Shown piece by piece: positions 1-10,204 of a DNA stretch of 64,000 nt. This DNA comes from Nitrososphaerota archaeon (GTDB taxonomy: Archaea > Thermoproteota > Nitrososphaeria > Nitrososphaerales > Nitrosopumilaceae). The stretch is from contig JAGWFT010000001.1 of assembly GCA_028867755.1 (NCBI GenBank), positions 548,727 to 612,726 on the forward strand, read 5' to 3'. The translations under genes were made by a program, and so were the position numbers. Each line of letters opens with the position of its first letter. Position 1 is the first letter of the stretch. Under the pieces are notes generated by a model. It was not told where the DNA came from, did not search any database, and saw only the letters and a program-made list of their open reading frames with translations.

Positions 1-1
1 T

Positions 2-2776
2 TGGTATGCATTTTTTGCTAATACTGATGCAGCTAAACAAGCAGATCAAACATCTTTGAGTGGTGCACCTGGGCAAAACCTAGACTTTGGAGTTTTCTGT
101 TCAGGATCTACTCCTTCATCTATACTAGGAGTTGACTTTTCGCAAACTGATGGCATAGCAATTCCTAATGCAGGAGGTCTTTCAGGCACAACTCAGGGAC
201 TTGCATCATTTAGTTCATGCAGTGGTACTTTGCAATCAGTTTCTGTTAACCAAGATAATGTTGTTAGAAATCCGCCTTCTTTGAATTCTAATCCAAATAT
301 AAGTACAGGTCAAATTGGGATTAATCACAATATATGGCCAGTCATTCAACTTTTCTCATTTAGCAATGATGTTAATGTAGAATATGATGGAGCTACAGGA
401 ACACAAAGCGTTGCTCTTACATACTTTGATATTCCAAACATCTCTGTTGGCCTTGATAGAAACACATATTCTGCAGGTTCTGAAGTTTTCGCAACAATAA
501 ATGACATCCAATTAGATGAAGATCCAACAGCTGTAGATTCATGGACATTTAATGTTAATAGTCCTGATGCAACTTTCTATCAAGCATTTCCAGAATCTGG
601 TAGCAGCAATATCTCTGGACTTGTAAATCTCACTCCATATCTAAGTAGCTTAGGTTTTAAGGACAATGGCAAAGTGGAAATGAATCTTGGCAATGTTGTT
701 AATCTAAAGACAAATAACCTTCAAACCAGTTCATCAATAATTGCAAACGGTGTAACTTACAACAAATTAGTAACATTTGTAGAGACTGGGCCAAACACTG
801 GAGTTTTTGAGAGCGATTATGGAAGCATTTCGACAATAGGAATTTTACCGAATGCGCCTAGAGGGCAATCAGCTAACATAGAATATAACCAACAATCTAC
901 ATCTATTGTTTCAGGCACTTCAAACGCTGGCCTCACTCTTGGGTCTGGCCAAAACCAATTTAGTCCTGGTCAAAGAGAAACTATTACACTTACTGATAGC
1001 AACCAAGTTCTAAACTCGGGAATCATTGAAACCTTGAATGATTTTAGAAGCTCAGCCAAAGTACCAACATTGAAGATTGGAAGTCCAATTACACTGATTG
1101 GTGCCTCCAATGTGAATTTCTATCCAAATCCAAATAGTCTCTTAAATCCTATCTCGACATCTTCTAGTGTCCCAGATACAAATTCGGCACGGTTGATGAT
1201 AGACACTAGATCTACACCATCCACTAATTTTTATGAAGTCACCTTGAATCTTGGAATAACTGCTGCAACTCTCAATGGTATGTTAATAGACACTGGCCAA
1301 CCTAATTCTGGAGGAACAAATTGGGTTAACTATGATTTAAGATCGTTCCAACAACAACTAGGTATAAGTTCTTTTTCAGGTACTAGCATAACACTTCATT
1401 TTGGTAGCGCATCTAGCACTGCATCTGTTCAAATCCTGTCTCCCGGTTCAATTTCTTCTGGAAACGGTCTTGTTCAAATAAGTGATTCTGCAGTATCTTC
1501 AATCGAGTCTCAGTCTTCATCATCTCCGGTGTATCTTGAAATTAATTTTGGTAGCTCAGGTGGTGTCATTTCGCAAGAAACCGATTTACAACCAATAGTT
1601 TTTGATTTATTTTCTTTTGGAATGAAAAATAGTCAAACAATGAACAATGCTATGTATAGAGCTGAACTTCAAGAAACTGCTGCTGGATCGGGTACTTTTA
1701 CAGGAACAATTGCATATGTGGTAGTAAACCAACTAAACCAATTCGATCCAGATCTGATAAAAAGCCTACAAACATTTGGTAACAATATCGTATTCCTCGT
1801 AAATGGTCAAATGGTGGATCAAAATGGAATCAATTTCTCTCTTTTGGGCTCTTCATCAGCAGGTCAACAAACTACTGTCACTTCAAAAAACAATCTTCCA
1901 ACAAAAACAGGAACGGTGACTCTTGACTCAGCAAATTATAGGATTGGCTCACCTGTAACAATAACAGTATACGATCCAGATCTTGTATCCGATGATAGCT
2001 CCATTCAATCCTTTACAACTATAAACGATCCAAATTCTCCTGCAGCCGATACTGTAGGCGATGCTAATGGAAATATCTTGCTAGAGGTTTGGATAAAGGG
2101 CTTTAGATTTCATCAATGTACAATAAATGGCGTATTTCATGGAGGGCTTGCTGATGCTGGTTTCACACTTACTGAAACTGCCCCAGGGTCTGGAATGTTT
2201 AAAGGAATATTCAAGATGCCATCTTGGATATGTAGTGAGGATGGAACATCATTGATATCGCCTGTTGGAGGAACAGTACAAGCATGGTACCATGACTTTA
2301 TGGATGCAGCAGGACGATCAGTCATAATAGGTTCAACAGTTGCTTCTTCATCACAAACATATTTGTCGTCTACCACACCATCTCAGTCCGCTCAGGCATC
2401 AATACCTAGTGTTTCACAAGAATATGTTCCAAAGATCAGTCAATCAGCACAAATTGCATATAGCAACGGGTTACCCATGTTACAAAGTCCTAAGATAGGT
2501 CAAACAATCACTTTCAAGGATATCATTTCAAATGGTGATTATCAAAATGATCAGAAAATTTCTTACATCGTTCAAATAAAAGATAGTCAAGGTAAAGTTG
2601 TGTACTTGAAATGGGTTGATGACACAATAAATGCAGCAAACGAAATAAATGAGCAAATTCAATGGACTCCTACTACTGCAGGAAAATATTCTGCTGACAT
2701 TTATGTGTGGAATGGAATGAATTCTCTGGTACCACTAACTGAGAAAAACGAATACCAATTCCAAGTATTGTCTTAA
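2..2776 (+). CDS. S-layer-like / large surface protein (5'-truncated by window edge)
   Basis: Frame is open from base 2 (WYAFFANTDAAKQ...), so the track start at 56 is not the real start. Ser/Thr/Asn/Gly-rich; repeated 'ETGPNTGVF'/'ETAAGSGTFTG'/'ETAPGSGMFKG' motifs; C-terminal Ig-like domain (YIVQIKD...QWTPTTAGKY..DIYVW) typical of thaumarchaeal S-layer protein homologues. Confidence 0.7.
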   Translation, partial: WYAFFANTDAAKQADQTSLSGAPGQNLDFGVFCSGSTPSSILGVDFSQTDGIAIPNAGGLSGTTQGLASFSSCSGTLQSVSVNQDNVVRNPPSLNSNPNISTGQIGINHNIWPVIQLFSFSNDVNVEYDGATGTQSVALTYFDIPNISVGLDRNTYSAGSEVFATINDIQLDEDPTAVDSWTFNVNSPDATFYQAFPESGSSNISGLVNLTPYLSSLGFKDNGKVEMNLGNVVNLKTNNLQTSSSIIANGVTYNKLVTFVETGPNTGVFESDYGSISTIGILPNAPRGQSANIEYNQQSTSIVSGTSNAGLTLGSGQNQFSPGQRETITLTDSNQVLNSGIIETLNDFRSSAKVPTLKIGSPITLIGASNVNFYPNPNSLLNPISTSSSVPDTNSARLMIDTRSTPSTNFYEVTLNLGITAATLNGMLIDTGQPNSGGTNWVNYDLRSFQQQLGISSFSGTSITLHFGSASSTASVQILSPGSISSGNGLVQISDSAVSSIESQSSSSPVYLEINFGSSGGVISQETDLQPIVFDLFSFGMKNSQTMNNAMYRAELQETAAGSGTFTGTIAYVVVNQLNQFDPDLIKSLQTFGNNIVFLVNGQMVDQNGINFSLLGSSSAGQQTTVTSKNNLPTKTGTVTLDSANYRIGSPVTITVYDPDLVSDDSSIQSFTTINDPNSPAADTVGDANGNILLEVWIKGFRFHQCTINGVFHGGLADAGFTLTETAPGSGMFKGIFKMPSWICSEDGTSLISPVGGTVQAWYHDFMDAAGRSVIIGSTVASSSQTYLSSTTPSQSAQASIPSVSQEYVPKISQSAQIAYSNGLPMLQSPKIGQTITFKDIISNGDYQNDQKISYIVQIKDSQGKVVYLKWVDDTINAANEINEQIQWTPTTAGKYSADIYVWNGMNSLVPLTEKNEYQFQVLS

Positions 2777-2781
2777 TACAT

Positions 2782-3939
2782 CTAGAAATTGTATTTGTTT
2801 TTGTAGGGGGAAACAGCGCGTAGTTCTTGCACTACTTTCTTTAATACTTCTACAGTTTTGTCTATCTCTTCTGCAGTATTCGTAATTCCTACAGTTAAAC
2901 GTAGAGAACCAGATATTTGTTCATGGGAAAAGCCCATTGCATTAAGTACATGTGATGCCTTTTGTATTCGTACAGAACATGCTGAGCCAGTAGAGGCAGC
3001 AATCTGGTTCTCATCAAGTTTAATGATGAGATCTTCTCCATTTACCCCAAGAAATGTAAAGTGTGTGTTATTGGGAATTCTCTTTTCAGAATGACCATTA
3101 AGGCTAGTTTCTGGTATCTCCAATAGAACTCTTGTGATTAATTGAGAAGTTAGGTTCTTGAAATAATCTGTGTTTTGATTTATGTTTTCCTTTGCTAATT
3201 TACAGGCCATACCAAAACCTACTATGCTTGCAACATTTTCAGTACCTGATCTTAGTCCATTTTCTTGCCCTCCGCCCAATATGAGAGGAGATATTTTGAT
3301 TCCTTTTTTCAGGTATAATGCACCAACTCCTTTAGGACCGTTTATCTTATGCGAAGATATGGAAAGCAAATCAACTCCAAGCTCTTTAACATCAATTGGA
3401 ACTTTACCAACTGCCTGAACTGCATCTGTATGGAAAACTATATTGTTGTCATGTGCTATGCCTGAGATTTCTTTTATTGGTTGAATTGTACCAACTTCAT
3501 TATTTGCAAACATTATGGTGATAAGACATGTATCTTGTGAAATTTCTTTTTTAATATCATCCACATTTACAAGCCCATGTCTATCTACTGGTAGATATGA
3601 TATTCTGTATCCCTCTCTCTCGAGACGTTTACAGGGTTCAAGTATTGCATCATGTTCTATAGAAGACGTTATGATGTGTTTACCCTTGTTCTGGAATGTA
3701 ATCCCATAAATTGCAGTGTTGTTTGATTCAGTGCCTCCAGAAGTCAAAAGAATTTCTTTACTATCTGCATTAATCAAATCAGCTGCTCTTTTTCTGGCGT
3801 TTTGTAGGGCAACATTAGCAGTTCTGCCAAACTTATGTATAGAAGATGGATTTCCATATTGTTCTTTAAAGTATGGCATCATCTCATCTATTACTTTTTG
3901 ATGAACTGGAGTTGATGCTGCATTGTCTAGGTAGATCAA
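2782..3939 (-). CDS. iscS: Cysteine desulfurase, IscS/NifS family
   Basis: IYLDNAAST, HTDAVQA, SSHKINGPKG (PLP lysine), STGSACS (catalytic Cys). Confidence 0.95.
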   Translation of the reverse strand: MIYLDNAASTPVHQKVIDEMMPYFKEQYGNPSSIHKFGRTANVALQNARKRAADLINADSKEILLTSGGTESNNTAIYGITFQNKGKHIITSSIEHDAILEPCKRLEREGYRISYLPVDRHGLVNVDDIKKEISQDTCLITIMFANNEVGTIQPIKEISGIAHDNNIVFHTDAVQAVGKVPIDVKELGVDLLSISSHKINGPKGVGALYLKKGIKISPLILGGGQENGLRSGTENVASIVGFGMACKLAKENINQNTDYFKNLTSQLITRVLLEIPETSLNGHSEKRIPNNTHFTFLGVNGEDLIIKLDENQIAASTGSACSVRIQKASHVLNAMGFSHEQISGSLRLTVGITNTAEEIDKTVEVLKKVVQELRAVSPYKNKYNF

Positions 3940-4736
3940 TCTGTTATCACATTGAGCTTACCAGGTCTATATCCTTCCCCGTCTATCAATATAGACTCGA
4001 ACCCAATTTCTCTAAGACGTTCATTTAATATGGAAATCTTTTGAAAATCTGTAAGCAAATATAATTCGTTCTGACCTACCTCTATTTTTGCTTCTTTACC
4101 AAAATCTCGCACTCTTACTTGTCTTACGCCAAAAATCTGTTTTACTATATTTTCACTTTTTTCAATCCTTGCTAGCTTTTCTGCAGTTACCATATTGCCC
4201 CATGGGATACGCGATGCAAGACATGAATTTGATGGCTTGTCATATACAGAAAGACCTGCCTCTTTTGAAAAGTTTCTTACCTCTATTTTTGTAAATCCTA
4301 TCTCCACCAGAGGACTCTGAACTCCACTTTCTCGTAATGCAGCTATGCCAGGACGATATTCTCCAAGGTCATCAAGATTAGTACCGTCAACTATCAAATC
4401 AGCTCTTTCATTCTTAGATATTTTTTCTAAATGTGTTGCTAATTGGGTTCTACAATGAAAGCATCTATTCTTATCATTTTTCACAAAGTCTGGATTCTCA
4501 AGCTCATTGTATTCTATTATGATATGTCTTATTCCTATCTCAGAACAAATCTTTTTTGCTGATTCTAGTTCTTCCTGGGAGAGAGTTTTGTAGTCAGCTG
4601 TAACAGCCACAGCGAGATCTCCAAGTGATTTGTATGAAGCATAGGCTACAAGTGCACTATCAACACCCCCTGATAGAGCAATTACAGTCTTACCTTTTCC
4701 ATCAAACCATCTGATTAACTGTTCTAATTTGTTCAT
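3936..4736 (-). CDS. larE: ATP-dependent sulfur transferase LarE (PP-loop)
   Basis: ALSGGVDS PP-loop, RCFHCR, DGTNLDDLGEYRPG, SNSCLASR, QVRVR. Confidence 0.9.
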   Translation of the reverse strand: MNKLEQLIRWFDGKGKTVIALSGGVDSALVAYASYKSLGDLAVAVTADYKTLSQEELESAKKICSEIGIRHIIIEYNELENPDFVKNDKNRCFHCRTQLATHLEKISKNERADLIVDGTNLDDLGEYRPGIAALRESGVQSPLVEIGFTKIEVRNFSKEAGLSVYDKPSNSCLASRIPWGNMVTAEKLARIEKSENIVKQIFGVRQVRVRDFGKEAKIEVGQNELYLLTDFQKISILNERLREIGFESILIDGEGYRPGKLNVITD

Positions 4737-5965
4737 TTTAGGTGAAGTTTTTCTTTTACCTCTGTAATAATCAAAGCATTTGCCTCTCTAAAGGAAATAT
4801 CTAAAGATACTGCAACTGATTTTACATCGTCAGCCTCTACTTTGAAATGTTTTGTTACGTCGTCATTCTTTATTATTTTGCACCGTACTGTGAAATTCCT
4901 TTCCAACACTGTAATTGGCACTGAAACAATAATTCTAGGAACTATATACCGACTTGAAGTTCTTACTCTCACTCCAAGTGTACCGGTTTCAGAGGTAATA
5001 GAATTTATCATTTCATTCAGATTTGACGAGTCACATATGACAGAAACAAGATTAGTCGGTCTACTTTTTTTTGTAATTGATGGAGTGACTGTAACGTCTT
5101 TTGCTCCCATAGAAATCAACTTGTCAATCATTTGACCTATTACTTCGCCTGAAACGTCATCAACATTAGTTTCAATGACCTGAACTATGTCTTGTTCAAA
5201 TTGATGCGTTGTTTCTCCTCTGACAATTTTCAAAATATTTGGAAATCCCTCAAAATCCTTATTGCCTGCCCCATACCCAATTGATCTGACTTTCATAGAA
5301 GGATAAAATTCAGAACATTTGTTTGCAAGATTGACTAGAAGGCTTGCTCCGGTGGGAGTCGTAAGCTCTTCTTTTGCCCCACCGCCCTTGATTATGATAT
5401 CAGAATTGCGGAATATCTCTAGGATTGCACTTGCAGGATTTGATGTAATTCCATGTGAGAAGCTTAGAGTTCCGCCACCAACTGGGATGGGGGTAGAGAT
5501 AATGTCTTCGAAAAAAAGTTTCAAATCATCAAGAGCTATTGCAGAACCAATAATGTCTACAACGGTATCTATGCTTGATGTTTCATGAAAGTGAACTGAT
5601 TCTATTGGTTCTCCATGAATTTTTGACTCTGCTTTGATTAAAGATTTTATGCTTTCCTTTGCAAAGACTTTGGCTTTTTCAGATAATCCTATTTTATCAG
5701 ATAATCGTAATATACAGTCTTGAATCTCAACCCCTTTTCTTTCATTATGTTCTTCTTTTATATCTAAAACTAATCTAGTTGCCTCAGTTCCATGCTTTAC
5801 AGTCTTTTCAAAATCAATATTTTGAATCTTGGAATCCTTGAGATAGTCTTCAGACATTTTGACACCTTCTATTATTTTGGATTTATTAGCTCCAATGTTT
5901 ACAAGAGCAGAAAGTAACATGTCTCCAGAGATCCCTGCTACCTGTGCATCAATTACAAGAGTCAT
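4733..5965 (-). CDS. larC: Nickel-pincer cofactor biosynthesis protein LarC
   Basis: AGISGDMLLSAL, VHFHE, ELTTPTGA, GYGAG, C-terminal ETNVDDVSGE domain. Confidence 0.9.
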   Translation of the reverse strand: MTLVIDAQVAGISGDMLLSALVNIGANKSKIIEGVKMSEDYLKDSKIQNIDFEKTVKHGTEATRLVLDIKEEHNERKGVEIQDCILRLSDKIGLSEKAKVFAKESIKSLIKAESKIHGEPIESVHFHETSSIDTVVDIIGSAIALDDLKLFFEDIISTPIPVGGGTLSFSHGITSNPASAILEIFRNSDIIIKGGGAKEELTTPTGASLLVNLANKCSEFYPSMKVRSIGYGAGNKDFEGFPNILKIVRGETTHQFEQDIVQVIETNVDDVSGEVIGQMIDKLISMGAKDVTVTPSITKKSRPTNLVSVICDSSNLNEMINSITSETGTLGVRVRTSSRYIVPRIIVSVPITVLERNFTVRCKIIKNDDVTKHFKVEADDVKSVAVSLDISFREANALIITEVKEKLHLK

Positions 5966-6091
5966 AATTTTGTAAACAACCTAGAATGCATATAAATTGT
6001 AATTCTGTAGAAAGACGTTCTAACTGTAATGTATGCTGATTTACTGCAGAAAATAGTGAAGTTTAATTAGTGATTAATTCGACGCCTGAAT

Positions 6092-7006
6092 ATGATTACA
6101 ATTGTTGGTTCTGGAAAGGTAGGAGGAGCTGCTGCACTTTTTACCGCCCTAAGAAAAGTGACCGATGAAATTCTCTTGCTAGATGTTGTACAGGGTCTTC
6201 CGCAAGGAGAAGCGATGGATCTTAATCATATGTTATCTGAAAAAGGAATAGATGTAAACGTTAGAGGCTCAAACGATTATTCTGAGATGAAAGGATCAGA
6301 CATTGTGGTTGTTGTAGCTGGATCAGGACGAAAACCAGGTATGACAAGAATGGATTTATTGAAAATTAATGCATCAATTGTAAAAGGTGTAGTAGAAAAC
6401 ATCAAGAAATTTGCAAAAGATTCAATGATAATTCCCGTAACAAATCCTCTAGATCCTATGGCATATCTTACATACAAAATTTCAGCATTTCAAAAAAGTA
6501 GAGTGTTTGGTATGGGTAATATGCTTGATTTATCTAGATTTATTCAATTTATTCATGAGGCAACAGGTTATTCTCGTAACTCAACCCGTGGTCTGGTCAT
6601 AGGAGAACACGGCGAAAATATGTTACCTCTACCAAGATATTCTACAATATCAGGCGTTCCTCTTACTTCGTTATTGCCAAAACAAAAAACAGATGAGATT
6701 GTGCAAAACACACGACAAGTTGCAGCCAAAGTGATTGAACTTAAGGGTGCAACAGTCCATGCCCCAGGAAATGCAATTTCTGCCATTATTGAAGCCATAA
6801 TACGAGACACACGACAAGTTATACCTGTAGCCACCTATCTTGATGGAGAATATGGTTATTCTGATGTCTCAATTGGTGTGCCAGCAGTAATAGGTAAAAA
6901 TGGCGTAGAAAAAATTGTAGAATTAGATCTAGATTCAAATGAAAAAGAGTGGTTCAAGAAAGGCATAGAAAGTGTCAAGACTGCAATTTCAAGCCTTGAG
7001 CTCTGA
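6092..7006 (+). CDS. mdh: Malate dehydrogenase (LDH-like MDH)
   Basis: IVGSGKVG Rossmann motif, [20 protein letters not shown]. Confidence 0.92.
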   Translation: MITIVGSGKVGGAAALFTALRKVTDEILLLDVVQGLPQGEAMDLNHMLSEKGIDVNVRGSNDYSEMKGSDIVVVVAGSGRKPGMTRMDLLKINASIVKGVVENIKKFAKDSMIIPVTNPLDPMAYLTYKISAFQKSRVFGMGNMLDLSRFIQFIHEATGYSRNSTRGLVIGEHGENMLPLPRYSTISGVPLTSLLPKQKTDEIVQNTRQVAAKVIELKGATVHAPGNAISAIIEAIIRDTRQVIPVATYLDGEYGYSDVSIGVPAVIGKNGVEKIVELDLDSNEKEWFKKGIESVKTAISSLEL

Positions 7007-7039
7007 TTACATTTTTTAAACTCGTAACAGTTAGTATTA

Positions 7040-7822
7040 TTGTTGGAATTACTGGAAATACTGAGATCACTTGAATTGGGAAAGATTAATGCCATCAAGG
7101 CAAAAAAACTACTTGCTATATACTCTATAGAAAAAATAGAAGATTTTGCCAAATTTGATGTGGGAAGGAAAATGCGTAGAGGTGTGCCGGAGGTAGTATT
7201 TGCTGAAAAAAAACAACTAGAAGATTTAAAAAAAATCATCCTTACTGCTATGTCTAGATCAGACTGTGTTCTAGTATCCAGAATTAACAAAGATCATTAT
7301 AAGACAATATCTTCTTTTTCTAAGAAGCATAAATTCAAGACCAAAGTGGGAAGAAATACTACCTCGATTTTGTTCTTTAAGAAACTATTATCATCAGGTG
7401 GTAAAGTAGGCGTATTGACCGCTGGTACGTCTGATATTGGTGTTGCAGAAGAAGCTAGATTGATGTGCGAAGCAATGGGTTGCACATGCATTACAAGCTA
7501 CGATGTCGGTATAGCAGGCTTGCATAGAGTTTTTCCAATAATTAAGAAAATGATACGTGAAGAGGTAGATGCAATTATTGTAGTAGCAGGAATGGAGGGT
7601 GCACTTGCATCTGTGGTTTCATCCCTAGTGGATATACCAGTTGTGGGTGTTCCCGCATCGATAGGATATGGGTATGGTGCCAAAGGTGTTGCAGCACTTG
7701 CATCGATGTTACAAAGTTGTACTCTGGGGCTTTCTGTTGTAAATATAGATAACGGCATAGGTGCTGGAGCTTTTGCAGCAAATATAGCAAACAGAGTTGT
7801 GATGAAACGATCTAAGTCTTAA
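7040..7822 (+). CDS. larB: Nickel-pincer cofactor biosynthesis protein LarB (AIR carboxylase-like)
   Basis: RGVPEVVFAEKK, AGTSDIGVAEEA, VVAGMEGALASVV, VPASIGYG. Confidence 0.9.
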   Translation: MLELLEILRSLELGKINAIKAKKLLAIYSIEKIEDFAKFDVGRKMRRGVPEVVFAEKKQLEDLKKIILTAMSRSDCVLVSRINKDHYKTISSFSKKHKFKTKVGRNTTSILFFKKLLSSGGKVGVLTAGTSDIGVAEEARLMCEAMGCTCITSYDVGIAGLHRVFPIIKKMIREEVDAIIVVAGMEGALASVVSSLVDIPVVGVPASIGYGYGAKGVAALASMLQSCTLGLSVVNIDNGIGAGAFAANIANRVVMKRSKS

Positions 7823-8531
7823 TTATTCCAATATGACCCAGCTCTGAACCAATTCCATATCCAATTAATGCGATTCCTGTTCCAAGACCTGCCATCTCCA
7901 ATCCACCCCACACTATGTTTAGACCTGCCATTTTGGATTTTATTGCTCCAATAATAAATGATGCAGACAAGCTAACCCCAACAGCTATTAGAAGTGGTTG
8001 ATATCCACTTAAAAAGAAATACGGAATAATTGGTAAGATACCTCCAACCAAAAATGCACCAAACATGCGAAATGCACTCTTCAATGGGCTCCCTACTATT
8101 TCTAGATTCAACTTTAATTCTTCTGTAAGCATTGTATCCAGCCAAATTTTTTTATCAGAAGTAATTTTTTTTACTATGTTTTCAAGTTCGGTTCCGGTAA
8201 ATCCCTTTTCTTTGTAGATGTTCTCTATCTCATGCCTCTCAGCATCTGGGACATTTTCCATTTCCCATTTCTCTCGTTCAATCTCAGATTGTAAGATTTG
8301 TCTTTGTGATCTTACTGCTAGATAGTTCTGAACTGCCATTGCTTTTGCACCAGTAAACATTGCTACTATTGCAGCTAAGATGATTATGCTTGAGGCTTGA
8401 TCAGCCCCACCAACACCAGCTACCAATCCTAATGAAGTGTTTATTCCATCTCCAAAACCAAATACAAAGTCTCTTATTGAGCTAGTCTCCTTTTGGTGTC
8501 TTTCAATATGTCTTGGTTCTGATATGCCCAT
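7812..8531 (-). CDS. VIT1/CCC1 family metal transporter
   Basis: IRDFVFGFGDGINTSLGLVAGV, EIEREKWEMENVPDAE, multiple hydrophobic helices. Confidence 0.88.
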   Translation of the reverse strand: MGISEPRHIERHQKETSSIRDFVFGFGDGINTSLGLVAGVGGADQASSIIILAAIVAMFTGAKAMAVQNYLAVRSQRQILQSEIEREKWEMENVPDAERHEIENIYKEKGFTGTELENIVKKITSDKKIWLDTMLTEELKLNLEIVGSPLKSAFRMFGAFLVGGILPIIPYFFLSGYQPLLIAVGVSLSASFIIGAIKSKMAGLNIVWGGLEMAGLGTGIALIGYGIGSELGHIGIIKT

Positions 8532-8638
8532 ATGACATTAGATTGTACAATACCATCTTATATGTCCAAAGCAAAAATTTTTCAAAATAAGACTATAAGG
8601 TAAACGATTTATATCGTAGTAAAAAAGACTAAGGGAGA

Positions 8639-10204
8639 ATGGCAGGCAAGAGAATAGTTCTTACCGCAGATCGTAGCTTGATGACTAATTATCGTGGTAA
8701 TTTTCTCTATGGATTTATTGCATGTGGACCTTACGAGGTTGTACCAGAGTGGGTTTTTGATAAAGTGTTTTGTCCTCCTGTAGAAACTGATGTGGTAACT
8801 GGCGAGGCAAAAGTTGCTCAGGTTGGATTGCGCAGAGTGGAAGCTGCACTATTACAAGGTTACAAACGTGATGAAGTATTCATTGCAAATCCAGATTACC
8901 TAGAAAAATGTATAGGACCAGATACCAAAGTTGTAGGGATAAATGTAATGGACCCGTTAGGAATGGCTCCTGTTACTACTACCATGTCTCCTGAAAAGTT
9001 ATCGTATGTTGCAATGAAATTCAAAAGAATGTGTGCTAAGATTATTCAGCTCAAGAAAAAATATGATTTTCATGTAGCAGTTGGTGGGAACGGTGCTTGG
9101 GAACTTGCAAAAACTGAAAGAATGAAAATTCACGGACTAGATACTGTAGTTGTAGGAGAAGCTGATGAACTTGCATTAGATCTATTTCATGATCTAGAAA
9201 AGGGCGATGCTCCAGAACTGATGCATTGCTTTGTAAAAAATATTCAGAATATACCTATGATTGAAGGTCCTACTGTTAACTCGCTCATTGAAGCCATGAG
9301 GGGATGTGGAAGAGGCTGTGACTTTTGTGATGTAAACAAAAGATCAAAGAAAGATCTTCCACTTGAAAGACTACAAAAAGAAGCAAAAATAAATCTAGAT
9401 TATGGATTTGATTCAATTTGGTTGCACTCTGATGAAATGTTACTTTATGGTTGTGATAACCGCGAGTTTAGGCCAAACTATGATGCTATAACTGAATTAT
9501 GGAAAGGACTCAAATCGCTAGGAGCTAGATTTGTAGGAACCACTCACATGACATTTTCTGCTGTATGTGCCGATCCGAAATTATTTCATGATATTTCAGA
9601 AATTAATGGAATGAGTAATGAAAAATGGCTGGCAACAAATCTTGGCATCGAGACGGTAGCACCAAGGATGGTAAAAAAACATCTTGGAGTCAAAACAAAA
9701 CCATTTTCTACCGATGAATGGGGATGGGTTGTCAGAGAAGGTGCAAAGATAATGAATCAAAATCATTGGTTCCCGGCAGCAACTCTTATCATAGGATGGC
9801 CTGATGAAACACCAGATGAGACGCAATATACTATAGACCTGATTGAAGACTTCAAACACACAAACATGAGAGGCATTGTTGCACCGTTACTTTATCAAGA
9901 TTTTAACGAAAAGAATTCAATGCACTTTGGTAATCTCAATGAAGCACAATTTACATTATTCTGGAAATGCTGGGAACATAACTTAAGAGTGATCAATGAT
10001 ATCATTCCTATAATTCTTAGAAACAAGACGTATGGTACTTTGATGAAGCCTGTGATGTATAGCATGATTAAAGCTGGTACTTGGGCAATAATGCGGTATC
10101 TGAGAGGTCTATGTAAGGAGTTATTCAATGGAAAGCTTCCTGATGACATAATGGAAAAGTATGCCAGAAGCAGATCAGTTAATGCTCCTGCTTATACTAG
10201 GTAG
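8639..10204 (+). CDS. B12-binding radical SAM protein, GDGT ring synthase (GrsA/GrsB)-like candidate
   Basis: C223-x3-C227-x2-C230 (GCGRGCDFC). N-terminus IVLTADRSLMTNY...GLRRVEAAL...VVGINVMDPLG...VGG and ~520 aa length resemble the Grs family as I recall it. The radical SAM call is firm; the Grs call is tentative. Confidence 0.7.
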   Translation: MAGKRIVLTADRSLMTNYRGNFLYGFIACGPYEVVPEWVFDKVFCPPVETDVVTGEAKVAQVGLRRVEAALLQGYKRDEVFIANPDYLEKCIGPDTKVVGINVMDPLGMAPVTTTMSPEKLSYVAMKFKRMCAKIIQLKKKYDFHVAVGGNGAWELAKTERMKIHGLDTVVVGEADELALDLFHDLEKGDAPELMHCFVKNIQNIPMIEGPTVNSLIEAMRGCGRGCDFCDVNKRSKKDLPLERLQKEAKINLDYGFDSIWLHSDEMLLYGCDNREFRPNYDAITELWKGLKSLGARFVGTTHMTFSAVCADPKLFHDISEINGMSNEKWLATNLGIETVAPRMVKKHLGVKTKPFSTDEWGWVVREGAKIMNQNHWFPAATLIIGWPDETPDETQYTIDLIEDFKHTNMRGIVAPLLYQDFNEKNSMHFGNLNEAQFTLFWKCWEHNLRVINDIIPIILRNKTYGTLMKPVMYSMIKAGTWAIMRYLRGLCKELFNGKLPDDIMEKYARSRSVNAPAYTR

